Assembly (NCBI RefSeq): GCF_006345805.1
Contig: NC_042997.1
Coordinates: 68,138,001-68,202,000 of the forward strand
Length of the DNA: 64,000 nt
Source of the DNA: Octopus sinensis
Lineage: Eukaryota
Direction: 5' to 3'
The translations under genes were made by a program, and so were the position numbers. Shown in pieces: positions 1-13,349 of this stretch (positions within the stretch are counted from its first letter, which is position 1; every line of letters begins with the position of its first letter). The notes beneath the pieces were generated by a model that saw only the letters and a program-made list of their open reading frames with translations, was not told the origin of the DNA and ran no database searches.

Positions 1-53
1 CGCATAATTCTAAAGATGTAGATAGATATGTGTATATATCTTGCATATATTTA

Positions 54-138
<85 letters not shown>

Positions 139-153
139 GTCTGTCTGTCTGTC

Positions 154-206
<53 letters not shown>

Positions 207-317
207 GTATATACACATATATACATATACATATAAATATATGCATGTATATATACATATATATATACATATATACTCATATATACATATACATATATAT
301 ATATATATATATACACA

Positions 318-372
<55 letters not shown>

Positions 373-1060
373 CACTCATGCATCAATATGTATGTTGTGT
401 GCCCGCGTGTATGTATGCGTGAACTCGTATACGCACACATATAAATGGCGCATAAATAAGTAATAAAATGGCAAGAATTATATCTATGTACACACACACT
501 GACACATACACACTGACACACACGCACAAACAAATAAACATACACTAACACATACAACCACGTGCGTTACATATATGCGTACGCATATCTACACATATCC
601 ACAAATATGTTTAGACAGACAAGCGCACGCAAAGGTACAAATAAATGGCAATGTCGGAAAGCGGAAGGAAATCATTTCCTTTGCTATATATTATGCCTGT
701 CCATGCATAAATATGTGACATGTATTTACCTAATTTTCTATACGTTTTTTTCCTACCATTTAGCTGTCTGTCTGTCTGTTTGTCTGTCCGTCTGTCTGTA
801 TATCTATATGTACATGTATACACATACTGATACAAACACTCCAATTCGAGCCGAGAGATACATTTCCCTCGAATGTCTATCATTATGGGAGTGTGCGTGT
901 ATGTATGTATGTATGTATGCATGTATGTATGTAGTATGTATGTATGTATGTAGTATGTATGTATGTATGTATGTATATATATATGTGTGTGTGTGTGTGT
1001 GTATGTGTGTGAGAGCGTACGTGTTTGTGTATGTGTGTGTGTGTGAATATATTCATACAC
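1..1060. repeat. Compound microsatellite field (TATC)n, (TC)n, (TA)n, (CA)n, (TATG)n
   Basis: Directly visible; accounts for all ORFs called in 28-1185. Confidence 0.97.
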
Positions 1061-1100
1061 ACCTTTGTATATATGATATGTATATCAATGCATATTTAAC

Positions 1101-1516
1101 ACTCGTTTTTTTCGATTTTTGCCTTCAAAACATCTTCATCCAATTTTCAAGGTCTTCCACTGCGACTTTCATCTTCCACGCTTAACTCTTCAGCATTAAA
1201 TTTTGCAAACCACTTCAAACATTTGATTCACCTACAGCATCATCACCATAAACTTCACAAATGGTTTTGAAAATCTTTGCAGCATTTTCTCTTTTTTAAA
1301 AAGCGAAAAGCATTAAAAAGCGAATATGAAATTTATGGTTATCAATTTCAAAAGTCAATAAAGGATGAGAGATAAATCTATTTTTAGTTAGGTACAAAGA
1401 AGAGATGCACAGCCACTTCAAGCAACGCCAAAGTTTTAACTGTGTTATGTTTCAGGTGTGTTCGATGAAGCGTTAAAAGAAGTAGCTTAAAAACGCTCAG
1501 AACTTTCTGGATAATA
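1101..1516 (-). mobile_element. Mariner transposase N-terminal relic with left TIR
   Basis: Minus strand reads FEIDNHKFHIRFLMLFAF*KRENAAKIFKTICEVYGDDAVGES/KWFAKFNAEELSVEDESRSGRP*KLDEDVLKAKIE (mariner HTH region, with stop codons and a frameshift); TIR-like TTATCCAGAAAGTTCTGAGCGTTTT after TA at ~1489-1516. Confidence 0.8.
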
Positions 1517-2205
1517 TATATATATATATTTCGGTGCCAATGGTTTTTATATGGTGACGTGTTTACAATCCTGTAAATAATAATAATGACATTTTTATAT
1601 AAGCTTAAAGCTTATGGCGATCACTGTGTGATGACTAAGGAAAATAGTCTAATAAAGGGGCATATAAGCCCTCGACAGAAAAAAGAAGGCTTTCTTATCC
1701 GTGTGCGAGTCGATCCCACATCCATATATATATATAAATGTGTGTGTGCGTGTGCGTGTGTGCTTGGAAAGCAGCATGGCCGAATGATTCAAAAGTTTGT
1801 AAGTGAAACTGGGGAAACAGAATCTATATTGAATTTTTTTTACATAGACTGTGCCTAGAATGCAAGTGCTCAGTTTCTAACCTCTGTGACATGCTGACTC
1901 TGTTTGTGAATTAAGTTAAGAGTATACCACTTACCTCAGGAATACTCAAGCACTTGCGCGCTAATTCAATACAGCTGATTATTCATCGTCAAAACCGACG
2001 ATGATTCATCTACTTTTATATCGCTGCTTACACCAGAAGTTACTTACAGGACCACAGACTAACTTTTTCCACTTTCCCTGAGCAAGAAATTCTCTTCTTC
2101 TTTATGATCTTTTCTCCCACCCCAACATCATTTCTCCTCTAATTTTATTTCCTTCTGATACAATTCTTCTCCGACACATTTACAATCTTTAATTGCTGTT
2201 GCATT

Positions 2206-2547
2206 TTTCTTTTGTTTCAGTAATTAGACTGCATCTTTAGTTGCACAAATCGACCCCAGTATTTATTTTTTTAAAGTCTGGCACTTAATCTATCTTTACT
2301 GAACTGCTATGTTACAGGGATGCAAGCAAATCATTATCGGTTGTCAAGCGGTGTGGCAAGATAAACACAAACACAAATACACACACACACACATACACAC
2401 GATTGGCTTCTTTCATTTTCTGTCTACCAAATCAACCCAAGGCTTCTTGGTCTTTAGCAGAAGATTCTTTTCCAGGGTGTCACGCAGTCAGACTGAACCC
2501 AAAACCATGTGGTTGTAGACAAAGCTTTTTATCACATAGCCAGGCCT
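2206..2547 (-). mobile_element. tRNA-derived SINE family A, decayed copy
   Basis: Reverse complement aligns along its length to the better-preserved copy at 39463-39876. Confidence 0.8.
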
Positions 2548-3288
2548 ATGTAATGGGTAAGATGTGGCATAGTGGAGACGTTGTAAGTTAGAGAAGGTGA
2601 TAAGTTGAGAAGTTATGAAAGGCTGCGTGTTTTATAGTCAATTACGTACTTGTGGATGTATTGAAATGAAAGGACGTCGAAAAGTTTATACTCATTATAG
2701 ATTTTATTCAATAACTACGAAGATTTCAGTTGCATATTCACATTAACTGTTTCCTGTTTCATCCTCAAATTGACTCTGAAGATTGGAGACTTGAAGATTG
2801 GATTAAAGAAATTTGAAGTCCTAAATGGTGTATGCGTGCGTGTGTGTGCGCGCGCATTTCATCTGTAACAACAGAGTGAATTCGCATTGCATTAAACAGA
2901 AGAATCTATAGATACATAGATACAGACAGACAGTCAGACAGACACACACACACACAACACACACGTATATATCTATGAATTTCATTGTATACTAATAAAC
3001 CTACCATTATTTTGAGTTAGAGTAGACCTGAGATCAATACCGGCTTAAAACCTTGGAACTCCTGAAACTAGGCTCCACTACGAGGCGGAGATGAGAACTG
3101 GCACAGCACATGCCATACCCACTATAATAATACTCATTGTGTAGGTGGTTCAGCAAACTAAGATACCAGCACCAATACCATTACACTTTCACCATAACTC
3201 CAGCAAGCGACAGAGAAAGAAGCTATGGGGAATCCCTAAACAGGAAGCCATAGGGTGATGACGGTCGAAGCAGCGAGAGTCCTCATAC

Positions 3289-3319
<31 letters not shown>

Positions 3320-3354
3320 TGTATGTATGTATGTATGTATGTATGTATGCATGT

Positions 3355-3629
3355 CTCTTTTATTTTTTTTTAGTGATTATAAATTTTCCACTGTGGAGGG
3401 AGCCGGTTTCCATACAAGGCTCTTTAACTACATCTTTGGGATGTAGTTAACACAGACAAATTCACATTTATAACTTGAGAAAAGTCTTGCATTATTTTAC
3501 TGTTCCGCTCACAGATTGGACTTGTACGAATCAGCCGGTCAATTTCTCTTTCTCAAAATCCCAGTTTATTCAGATTCTCCTTTAAGCATTTACTAACAAA
3601 ACCTAGTGCTCCAATTATTATTAGTATGG
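3355..3629 (-). mobile_element. 5'-truncated 3' end of an R4/Dong-type (restriction-like endonuclease) LINE, flanked by (CATA)n
   Basis: Encodes ILIIIGALGFVSKCLKENLNKLGF; reverse complement of the copy at 24911-25255; homologous to the C-terminus of the 7010-12360 element. Confidence 0.85.
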
Positions 3630-4126
3630 ATATATGTATGTATGCATATATATAGGCTTGCATGTATGTGTGGGAGAGAGGGGAACAAGGAGGGATATAG
3701 AGAAGGGGAGAGAGAGTCTTATTAACAGTGCATGCGTTCGGTATCATTTTATTTTTCTGTCACTCTTGTATTCATCTTTTGACATGTAGCTTAGCACTGT
3801 CTCTACTATGACAGTGTAGTGAACGATATTCCTCTCCTCTTGCTTGTTATTTCTATAATCTTAACAGAACACCAGCCCAAGCCAACGAGATCTTATGTAA
3901 ATACAAACATGAACACTCACATACTCATGCATACGCGCATGCACACACATGCACGCGCGCACTTGTATACATTTTATGCATGATAACTTTTACAAGCATG
4001 CGTATCAGCCTCTTGTGAATGTATGCACATATGAGCGGGAAAATAGGAGTCTGTATGGCTAGCATATGAGTAGACTGGAGAATTTGTGTGAGAAGTGTGT
4101 ACATGTGTGTGTATGTTTGTGTGTGC

Positions 4127-4178
<52 letters not shown>

Positions 4179-4547
4179 AGAAAAGCGAAAGGGACAGATA
4201 TAGACAAATAAACAGATACGGAGAGAGAGAGATTGAGAGTGAAAGAGAGAATGAAAGGAAGAGAGAGAGAGAATGAAATATAAAGTGTAAGGAGAGATAT
4301 TTTCATTAAAGAGAACATGTAATGTGTGTGTGCGTATTTATGTGTATGTTTGTGTGTGTGTGTGTGAGCGTGTGTGTGTGTACGCTCACACACAAATACT
4401 GTATAATTAAGGTAAATTGTATAATTGTATAATTGACGTAAAGCGGAGAATTGTGATGGAAAAACAGATGTAAGAGAGAGGCAGAAATGTAATGAAAGAC
4501 GAATCTGAAAACAGAGAGTAAGAGAGAATGAAATAGAGAAGTAGGGC

Positions 4548-4607
<60 letters not shown>

Positions 4608-4979
4608 GTGAGTGAAACAGAGAGAAAGAGAGACAGAGAGAAAAGGACCAAGAAATGAGGGTTTCAAAAGCGGGTGCATGTATGTGCATATATGTCATGT
4701 AAAAAAATATGCGTGAGAATTTGTTTACTTGTTTATTTGTGCGTGTGTGTGTGATGTGTATGGTGTACGTTTGTATATATATGTGGTGTGTAGATGTGTG
4801 TAAGTCTGCCTGGGTGCGTGGTGTGTGTGTGTGTCTGTAATGAAGGCACCATATAAAACTCTAACGTTTACAAAGACAGTGACTAATGTGCAAAATGTTA
4901 AGGCTGAAAAAATTACAAGGATCCATCTTCAGTGTAAGAACTTACAAGTTGTAGTCGTGTTATAGTAGAGCAGGTAGAA

Positions 4980-5850
4980 TGATATGGTGGTGGTGGTGGT
5001 GGTAGTTTGCTTGCGCTGATGCACTTGGGGTGATGTTACTGAGACGATGGTGGTGGTGGTTGCAATGGTGGCGGTAGTTGGTGGTGATGATGGTGATGGT
5101 AGTGGTATGATAGTGGTGGCGAGGTGATGGTAGTGAGATGGTGTCGGTGATGGTGGTGATGGTAGCGGTGTATGTAGTGATGGTGGTGGTGGTATGATGG
5201 TAGTAGTGGTAATAATAATGGTGGTCGGTGGAGGTGTTGGTGTAATGGTTGCAATGGCTATGTTGTTGTTGTTGTGGTAGTGATGCTGGTAGGATTATCG
5301 ATGTGGTAACGTTGCAAGTGATGCCATGTTGTTATCGATGTTAGTATTGGTGGTGTCCTTGTGGTGTTGATGCTTTTCTGACAGTAATAATTGTATCATT
5401 ACTGTTGGGTGGTAGTGCTGGTGTAATTGAGACGGTGGTGATGATACTTGTACTGTCGATGCTGTTGTTATCACGGTGCTAGTGTCATCAATTTCCACGG
5501 AATCAAAAGCTTTATCAAAATCTTCCAATGTTAAGCATAATGGTATGTTGTAATTTTAGTATTTTCCCCTGAGTTGGTTTTGAGCATGTATGCGGTCTAT
5601 TGTGTTGTAGTGTTTCCTGGTGCCTGCTTGTTCGGCTGCAGTGTTCTCATTCAGATTTCTTTCAATTCTTTTTAATATGATTTTTGAGATCTTGTAGATG
5701 TGTGAAAAACTGATTGGTCTGTAGTAGAGTTAACGGTGGTAGTGGTAGCAGTGGTGTACTTGGGGTGATGCTATGGAGGTGGTGGTGGTGGTGGTGGTGG
5801 TAGTGGTAGTGGTGTACTTGCAGTGGTATAATGGTGGAAGTAATAGTGGT
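4980..5850. repeat. Degenerate (GGT/GAT/GTA)n low-complexity tract
   Basis: Directly visible; produces the poly-His/Pro/Val ORFs. Confidence 0.9.
5490..5726 (-). pseudogene. RTE-clade LINE reverse transcriptase fragment (early RT motifs)
   Basis: Minus strand reads YYRPISFSHIYKISKIILKRIERNLNENTAAEQAG...NIPLCLTLEDFDKAFDSVEI. Confidence 0.8.
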
Positions 5851-6149
5851 GGTGGTGGTGGATCAATTCAGAACTTTTCCACATATCCTGTATCTTATGT
5901 TCACGTAGGAATTTTGTATGCTTACCCAATTTATTTTTTTGTATGTTCACTCAATTTATTGTCATCTACATTGGAAAAGGTTCTTCAAAAACTTATAATA
6001 GTCAGATAAAAGAATAAATACAATCGGTGAGTAGAATGCCTTTGCTATAATAGATCAACACTGACAGCGGCATAAATGTTAAGTGCAACAACAGCAGCAT
6101 CAACAACAAAAACCATAGAAAGGCAGCAACCAATACCATTATTAGAGGC

Positions 6150-6990
6150 ATGACCACAACAGATCACCCAAATTATTCACATTTATATTGAAAAAGGTTT
6201 TTTTTAAAAACTTATATTGGTCAGATAAAGGAATAAATATAATCAGATGCATGCTAAATCATCTCAGATTCACTGATAATATTATACTCATTTCCAGAAT
6301 CAACAGAAATACGTAGAGAACTCAAGGAAGAAAGAAAAAATGTGGACTCAGAATCAATATTAGTAAAACAAAGATAAATTCCAGCCAGCCAATCACAGCT
6401 GGAAATGTAGTAATAGATGATGAAATAGTTGAACATGTGAATCAATACACCTATCTTGGAGAAATAAGTTACTTAAAGGATAAAAATCAGACCGAAGAAA
6501 TTGAACGATAAATGCAGTTAGGATGGGCGATCTTTGGTAACTTGCTCAAGGTCTTCAACCAGTTTGTGCTGAGTACCGATGCCTATGTATCAGAAACACA
6601 AACTACCAACAAGAACATTGAAAATAAATTATCAGTGACACAAAGAGTCATGGAAAGGGGAATGCTGAAGATTAACAAAATGGATAAGTGGAGAAGCAAC
6701 AGGATAAAATTGTCAACAGGTTTAACGGATATCATCTAGAAAATAAAAGTTCTGAAGACGTCTTTCGCGGGATATGCTCTAAGAAGAAAGGATGACAGAA
6801 GGAATAACAAATTGACAGAGTGGACACCACATCCAGAAAAAAGAAGGAAAGGAAGACCAGGCGTAAGTTAAAACGAAAACTTTAAAAAATTCTTTGGCAC
6901 CCCAAAATGGATGAGAAAAACATAAGGTAGTAATTGGTGGAGAAAACATGCTGAAGCCTTCATCCAGCTGTGGTCTAAATATTGTGCAAG
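6150..6990 (+). pseudogene. RTE-clade LINE 3' half (late RT motifs to C-terminus)
   Basis: Reads SPKLFTFILKKVF/KNLYWSDKGIN..MLNHLRFTDNIILIS...KCGLRINISKTK...EHVNQYTYLG...EWTPHPEKRRKGRPG...EAFIQLW with stops and frameshifts; short GATGATG tail. Confidence 0.85.
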
Positions 6991-7009
6991 GATGATGAAT
7001 GTATGTATG

Positions 7010-10000
7010 TCATTATTCAGTTTCTTTCAAGATTTCTTGCCAATAGAAAAAGAATCGCTTCCTAACCTAGATCCAACGTTACTTCATTGGAATTTCAACA
7101 TCAACAACAGGGTATTTTCAGTGTATGTTTGTGTGAATGTATGTATGCATGTATGTATGTGTGCAGATTTGTATGTTTTATGTATGTATTCTCATGCATA
7201 TAGTTACATATCTAGGCATGCTCATATATATTTAAATGATAAAATTCTGGGAAGTTTCACAGATTTTTACAGTTCCAGTGATGGAGTGGATTTGTAGTCT
7301 TCGAATTAACTTTCTCCTTTCTGGTTTTGAGAAGCCTCATTTCTCAAGATTTATATTCGGGTAGTGTGTTACATATCCCAGGGCCCCTGTAATTACAGTA
7401 TAAACCTGAGCTTGTAATGTGAATAGGGTAACTGCAGATTTCTCAACAGTTCAGCGTAGGTGTTCTCTTTTTCACTAATCTTCAGCTTTATGTTAACATA
7501 CGTTGGGCAGCTAATTTCCTCAACTGTGCACAGTTTCTATTCTCAATCCCAAATCATTATATCAGGCCTGTTGTGCTTACATTTTATTGAGATGTTCACT
7601 AGTACATTCAACTAGTATTCCTTTTTTTTATTATGAGTGGCTATGGCTTCTACCATATTGTGGGTTCTTATTTCTTTGTCCTCGGGATTATCCTTCCGGC
7701 GGATTTCATTATAGAATGTCCTAGCTACAACGTCAAGTCTCATCGGTAGATAATACCGTGTTAACATTTTCGGACAAATGCTTATGATGTGGGTGATATC
7801 TTTAAAGTGAACTCCACAAAGTCTGTATCGGCTGTCACATTTTGCGGATTTTCCTGCATCTATATCCCCTTTGCGCATCAGGTACTTGATTGATATTTCC
7901 TGTTCCTGGATTGCAAATGCATGCCCTTCAAAGTGGGAGAATAACCCGGCTATTGGTCCATGATAAACTGCTTTGATGATCGATGTTACTATCATTACTG
8001 AGTTTTCTACTAATATATCCGTTTATAGTCTTCTGCTCATATAGGCTCATGCTTTCATCTGATGATACGTTGCGGTAGAGTCGTGTGACTTCTTTGGGCA
8101 TGTATTCTAGGTTATCAGACAAAGAGTGTTGCTCAAGTGGCTGCCTTCCAAGTCTTATGATGTCATCAGCCTCAGGTATACAAACTTGGTCAAGGGATGC
8201 ACTTTGACACTTGGTGGTTAAAAGATGTTGCCGAATGGATATGATGCGACATTCAAAGGCATTTTGGATCGATTTTAAGCCCCTACGGCCTTGTTTTCGT
8301 TTTAGTTAAAGGCGGTCTACGTCACTATTTATGTGGAAATTGTATGTATTTGTTAGTATTTTTCGGGTTTTCATATCAATGGCTCAGATCTCATCAAGCG
8401 TCCAATCAAACAGCCCAAATGTTGGTATGAGTACTGGCACTACAAACACATTGTGGACCACTGTTTTATTGAATGCAGAGAGTTCTGAGGTCCAAATTTT
8501 CTTTATTCAGCTGTAATAATCTTTAGTGATACGTGCTTTGTTACAGGTGCCATTGTAAGATATATTTTCATCTACCCCTAGATACCTGTAAAATTCCTCG
8601 TCGATGGAGATTTTATTAGTCTGTTTTATAATTTTCCCTCTTTTCACAATCATATAACAACATTTACCCTGACCAAACTCCAACCCTACATCCTTTGAGA
8701 ATGTAGTAATTAGGTCAAGGCTCTTTTTTATCTCATGCATATTCTTTGCATAAAGTTGTAAGTCATCCACAAAGAAACAGTGTGTAATTTTGGTATTTCT
8801 GTTTCCTTGTGAACCAGTGAGATATCCTTCAGTCTTCCTTAACATGAATGACAAGGGGTTTACATAAAGTATAAACAACATCACAGAGGGGCTGTCTCCT
8901 GGGAATATGCCTTTGCGATATTGTATTCTATCGATGATAGTACAGTCGCTCTTTGTCTTTAATTTCAATATGGTGGTCCACGATGAAGCCAGGTTAGCTA
9001 TGGCTTTGACTATTCTCACTGGAACTTTAGCAAGTTGAAGGGCTTCTAGCATCCATCAGTGGGGAACAAAGTCACAGGCTTTCTTGCAATCTAGCCACAT
9101 TAAAACTAGGTTCCTCCTATGCTCTCGCACCTTAGACATCACAGTTTTGTTGATTAACAATTGCTCAGCACATCCTCAGACTCCCTTCCTCCCAGCTGCT
9201 TGCTTTGCTGTAATAATGTTATTGGTTTCACAATGGTCTTGGAGGAATAGGTTTAAACATTCTGTATATATCTTATACATTAAGTTCTGGCATGCAGTTG
9301 GCCGGTAGTTTTTTGCCATGTGGGTGGTTCTACATTTGAGGTTCAATTTTGTCTCTGCCAGAGCTAACCAATGTGGTATTCTGCTGTTCCCAATGAAAGC
9401 TTGCTGGTACAGATTAATAAGACATGGTCAGTAGAATGTTAGCTTCTTATACCAATATTCAACAATCAAGCCTCTTTCAGGTGCTTTTCCATCCTGGAGT
9501 TTCTGGATCACAGTTGCAAGTGTTTCACCATCAATTTTGTATGTCATGGATGTAAAGCAAGAGCAATAACTTTATCGGATTTCTTCCAGCCACAATTGGT
9601 TAAATTCCTTCTCTTCACTCCAGATTTTCCTCCAGAAGGAGTCTATGTCTTTTCGTGAAGGAGCTTCCATGATGTTTATTGCCCCTCTTCTCATTTCTCC
9701 GTGTACTGCTGCCTTTTTTCGTTTATTGTTCTTCTCTCGGTTATTCTCTTCCGATGTCGGAGTTTTTCACTGATAGCTTTTAGCTCCCGCTTGAGGGTAA
9801 TCAGTTTGTAAGAGAGTGTTCTCTTTTGTGCGGCCTCCAAACATCATTTCTATCTCCTTCTTTACTTTCTGTTGGTGGTACGTATAGTGACTTGCTTGTT
9901 TCTATGCAACAAGCATCATTACATGACTGATGGTCTTCTGTAAACTAGTTATCTTTTTCTGTCTTCAAAACCCATGTTGGTACTTTCTTGGTTATTTCGG

Positions 10001-12360
10001 TTTTGTTTACTTTTTGAACATCATTCATGTACTGTTTTGCAGTAGTAGCCAGAGCGGATCTAGTTTTTTCATTCGCAAAAAATGCATTTTTTTAAAAGGA
10101 AGTAAAATATCTGAAAATCGGCTATAATACTGTAGTCTTCCAGTTTCATTGCTATGAAGGTATGATGCTGTGGAGAAAAAATTGAAGAGAAAAGTTCAAG
10201 ATGTTTAAAAATCGAAAAAACTGTATTTTTAGCCAATAGCGAGACAGAAATTTTCTGCGTTTAGTGGAGCGTTGTCAACTTTAAGGTTGTACCCTGTAAA
10301 ATTTAGAGTTTAGTGTCTGACCTGTTCACTGTAGGTTTCTAAGTAAACAGAAATAACGAATTTCATTGCAGTTTTCTAAGTAAACAGTAATACCTAATAA
10401 AATCAACATGTATCATCTTACTGTTTCTTTTGTCTCTTCATTGATTGCATATTTTTATTATTTTTTAATTTGTTATATTATATAGTTATCTACATGTGTT
10501 TATTTTATGCGCATTTCAGTATTATGTACACCTATCATGTATTTGTGTACATCATTAATATATAAGTGCATGTGGATTGTGTATTCATATATAAGTTTAT
10601 ATGCACATTTATGCATTCATGTGTGTGTGTGCGCACGCGTGTGTGTGCGTGTGTGTGCGTGTGTGTCTGTGTGAGTGTATGTCTGTGTGTGTGAAGGGGG
10701 TGTCTGTCGCCAAAACTCCAAAGTTGAGTAACGTTTTCGTACTTGGATTTATAAACTACGATAAGCATAACACTGGTCAACAAAGAATTTCTCTCAAGGA
10801 AAAGAATACTTGTATCCTATATGTTTTTGCATGCAGAATTCAAAATTAATGTCAAATTATCTGTATTACCCACAGTTTCTCTGTTCCACGATATACCTGC
10901 CAGTTCCTGTTACGTGGGATAAATTTCAGTTAAGCTGTTGAAAATTGAAGCTAGCGATTTAAGAAATACTCCTAATCTAAATTTTTATGAATAGAATTAA
11001 CCTAGTGAAATCATAAATCCAGCTACCTGAGTCAATGAGTACCCAAAATATATGAAATGAAAAATATGTAACTAACATACAGAAGCAAGAAAAATGTGTA
11101 ATATACTAACACACAGAAAAATTAAAACAAAACACGCGGGTGAAAATAATCCCGTGGTGTGAAGAATCAAGTGTCAAAAATCAACATGTGGCACAGACAG
11201 TGAAACACAATGCAGCGTGCCGTTGTCATGGTAACAAGCTACTAATGTCATGTTGTCTGTTGATTGGCTAAAATTACCAAAATTTCCCAACTTTAATTCC
11301 AAATAATATCAAAATTGAGAGATGCATCGATACACCAAAATTGAAAGCAATCTGAGCAAAATTAAAGGGGGCTCATTTTGCGAATGAAAAAGGCTAGATC
11401 TGCCAGAGCATATAGACTGGCGATAATCTGCCAGTATGTGGGTCCATCATACTGTTGTAAAAAATCATCACCAATTTTGCTAACAGCTTTTAATACCGTA
11501 TCTGGTGGCTTTTTAAAGTTAATTTTGTAGAGAATACTCTCTCTTCGAGAGAATCCTGCAAAGCCAAAGTTATTTTTTCTCGGAAAATTTCAGCAAGAGC
11601 ACATTTCATTGGCATGTAATCCTGACTACCACTACTACTAAAATGATAATTGCGGTTGTGCCTGCTATTTACCATAGGGGACAGGGGTCAGTTACTTGAG
11701 CCAGTAATGTAGTTCGGCTGGCAGGCACTATAGAATCTGTTGGAATGTCGCTAGCTGCGAAACCACGTAGTGGTCTTATACCATCCACGTTTTCGTTCTT
11801 GTTTATAGAGTTGGGAACAAGGTTAATTTTCAATTTCTTAATAAAGTTACTATTATTCTTTCTATGTTCTACAAATGTTGCTTGTTGGCGTAGCTGCTTC
11901 GCAGTAAAATGATTTACTTCTGGATGCTGATCGTCCCAGTATAATTTCAATCGATTCATATAGCCAACAGTGCGGTTATGCTTCGCTTTTTCTTAGCAGT
12001 TAAATAGATCAGTATTCAATTCATAACGCTTAGAGAAATGAGTTTTGTAGTTACGGTTTCTCTTATAACTACAGCTAGAAAGAATTCTTCTACCTGTTGA
12101 GCTGCTGTTTTCGTTCTGTTCCTCGATTATGTTGTTGTTGATGCTGTATCCACCCATGTTGTTTGTAGTAACTCTCTGCATGCTTAAATTCAAATTTCAG
12201 TCGAAAATCACTCCGGCCTTGTATAAAAGGCTTCTTCAGTTAATTCATCTGAAGATTAACCAGTTATTTAACAAGGCTGATGGTTGTGGCTCCAAACTTG
12301 GAGACAGTATTCATCGTATTTTCGATAATCTTCCACACCAAATAGGCGACTTGTCGCTTT
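7010..12360 (-). mobile_element. Near full-length R4/Dong-type non-LTR retrotransposon (RT, CCHC knuckle, PD-(D/E)xK endonuclease), pseudogenised, with a nested insertion
   Basis: N-terminal MNRLKLYWDDQHPEVNHFTAKQLRQQA; RT motifs GIFPGDSPS and FFVDDLQLY; knuckle CDSRYRLCGVHFKDITHIISIC; endonuclease KHNRPDIMIWD..VEEISCP..K; C-terminal I.GALG motif; stop near 7232. Confidence 0.92.
10055..11402. mobile_element. Non-autonomous DNA transposon with ~28-bp TIRs and 6-bp TSD CCAGAG
   Basis: Left end CGGATCTAGTTTTTTCATTCGCAAAA versus reverse-complemented right end CAGATCTAGCCTTTTTCATTCGCAAAA; CCAGAG at 10049-10054 and 11403-11408; removal restores the LINE frame. Confidence 0.88.
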
Positions 12361-12505
12361 GAATGGAATGGAATGTTGTTATGTTATGTTATATTATGTT
12401 ATGTAATGTGTGTATGTATGTATGTATGTTTGTATGTATGTATGTATGTATGTATGTATGTATGTATGTATGTATTATGTATGTATGTATGTATGTATGT
12501 ATGCA
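12361..12505. repeat. (GAATG)/(GTTAT)/(TATG)n microsatellite at the LINE 5' junction
   Basis: Directly visible. Confidence 0.95.
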
Positions 12506-13155
12506 TCCCGTGCAGCACCTCAGGCAATAAAAAAATCCTTCAAGACGGTATTCTGCATAGTTGCAGCCCAATGACTGAAAGAAGTAAAATAATAGAAGAG
12601 TAAAAAAATGAACCCCATCAGATTGTGATTAAAAGAGAAATTCTTCAATCAAAATGGAAAAGGAAACATTTTCTTTTTACAGATTCTGTTTCTTTTGATG
12701 TTCAAAACATTAAAAGAAGCATAATAAAAACATATGCTGCTGGGTGGTTAAAAAAATCCACGCAAAAATGAATAGTTCCAAAAACTGTGTCTCGCATGCC
12801 CAGATGGCTTTTCAATTTAGTGTTTTTGTTCCAATGGTGTGTTTAGGTTTGGTCGGTCTAAGGCCTTCAAAGTGCACTGTTTTTTTTTTTTTTTGCGTGT
12901 GATTGTGTGTGCGGGTGTATGTGTGTGTGTGGTTTGTTGTGGCTAGATTAGATCACCAGGCAGGAGTGACATTATATCCGTAATGAATTTAATGTATTGC
13001 TTGTGTATTAACGTTGTTGTCCTTCATAACTTAAAGTGTTCTAAGATGTATATCATTTTGATGTTTTAACTAATTCTTCTGTGCTCTTTAGCTGTAGTAA
13101 AAGGTTATACGTAATATTTTGGAATTTTCACACTCCATCTATCACTCTCTCTCCC

Positions 13156-13191
<36 letters not shown>

Positions 13192-13349
13192 GAATATATA
13201 CTTGTGTGTGTGCGCGCACACGCGTATTTGTGTGTGTGGTATGATCATGTGCACCAGTGTGATTGTGCTTATATCTGTTGTTCATTGGTGCTGCAGATAA
13301 GAAAAAAAATGGGTGGAGGGATTAAGGATGTAATACTTTCATTTTGTTT

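Noticed and set aside
28-1185. Long ORFs of IY/LSIY/CV/HT repeats (also 15362-15712, 36147-37541, 50718-53810, 55039-55569)
   Set aside because: These are translations of microsatellites, which lack stop codons in some frames; there is no protein signal.
3000-3285. Possible decayed LINE 3' end
   Set aside because: No frame gave motifs I could assign with confidence.
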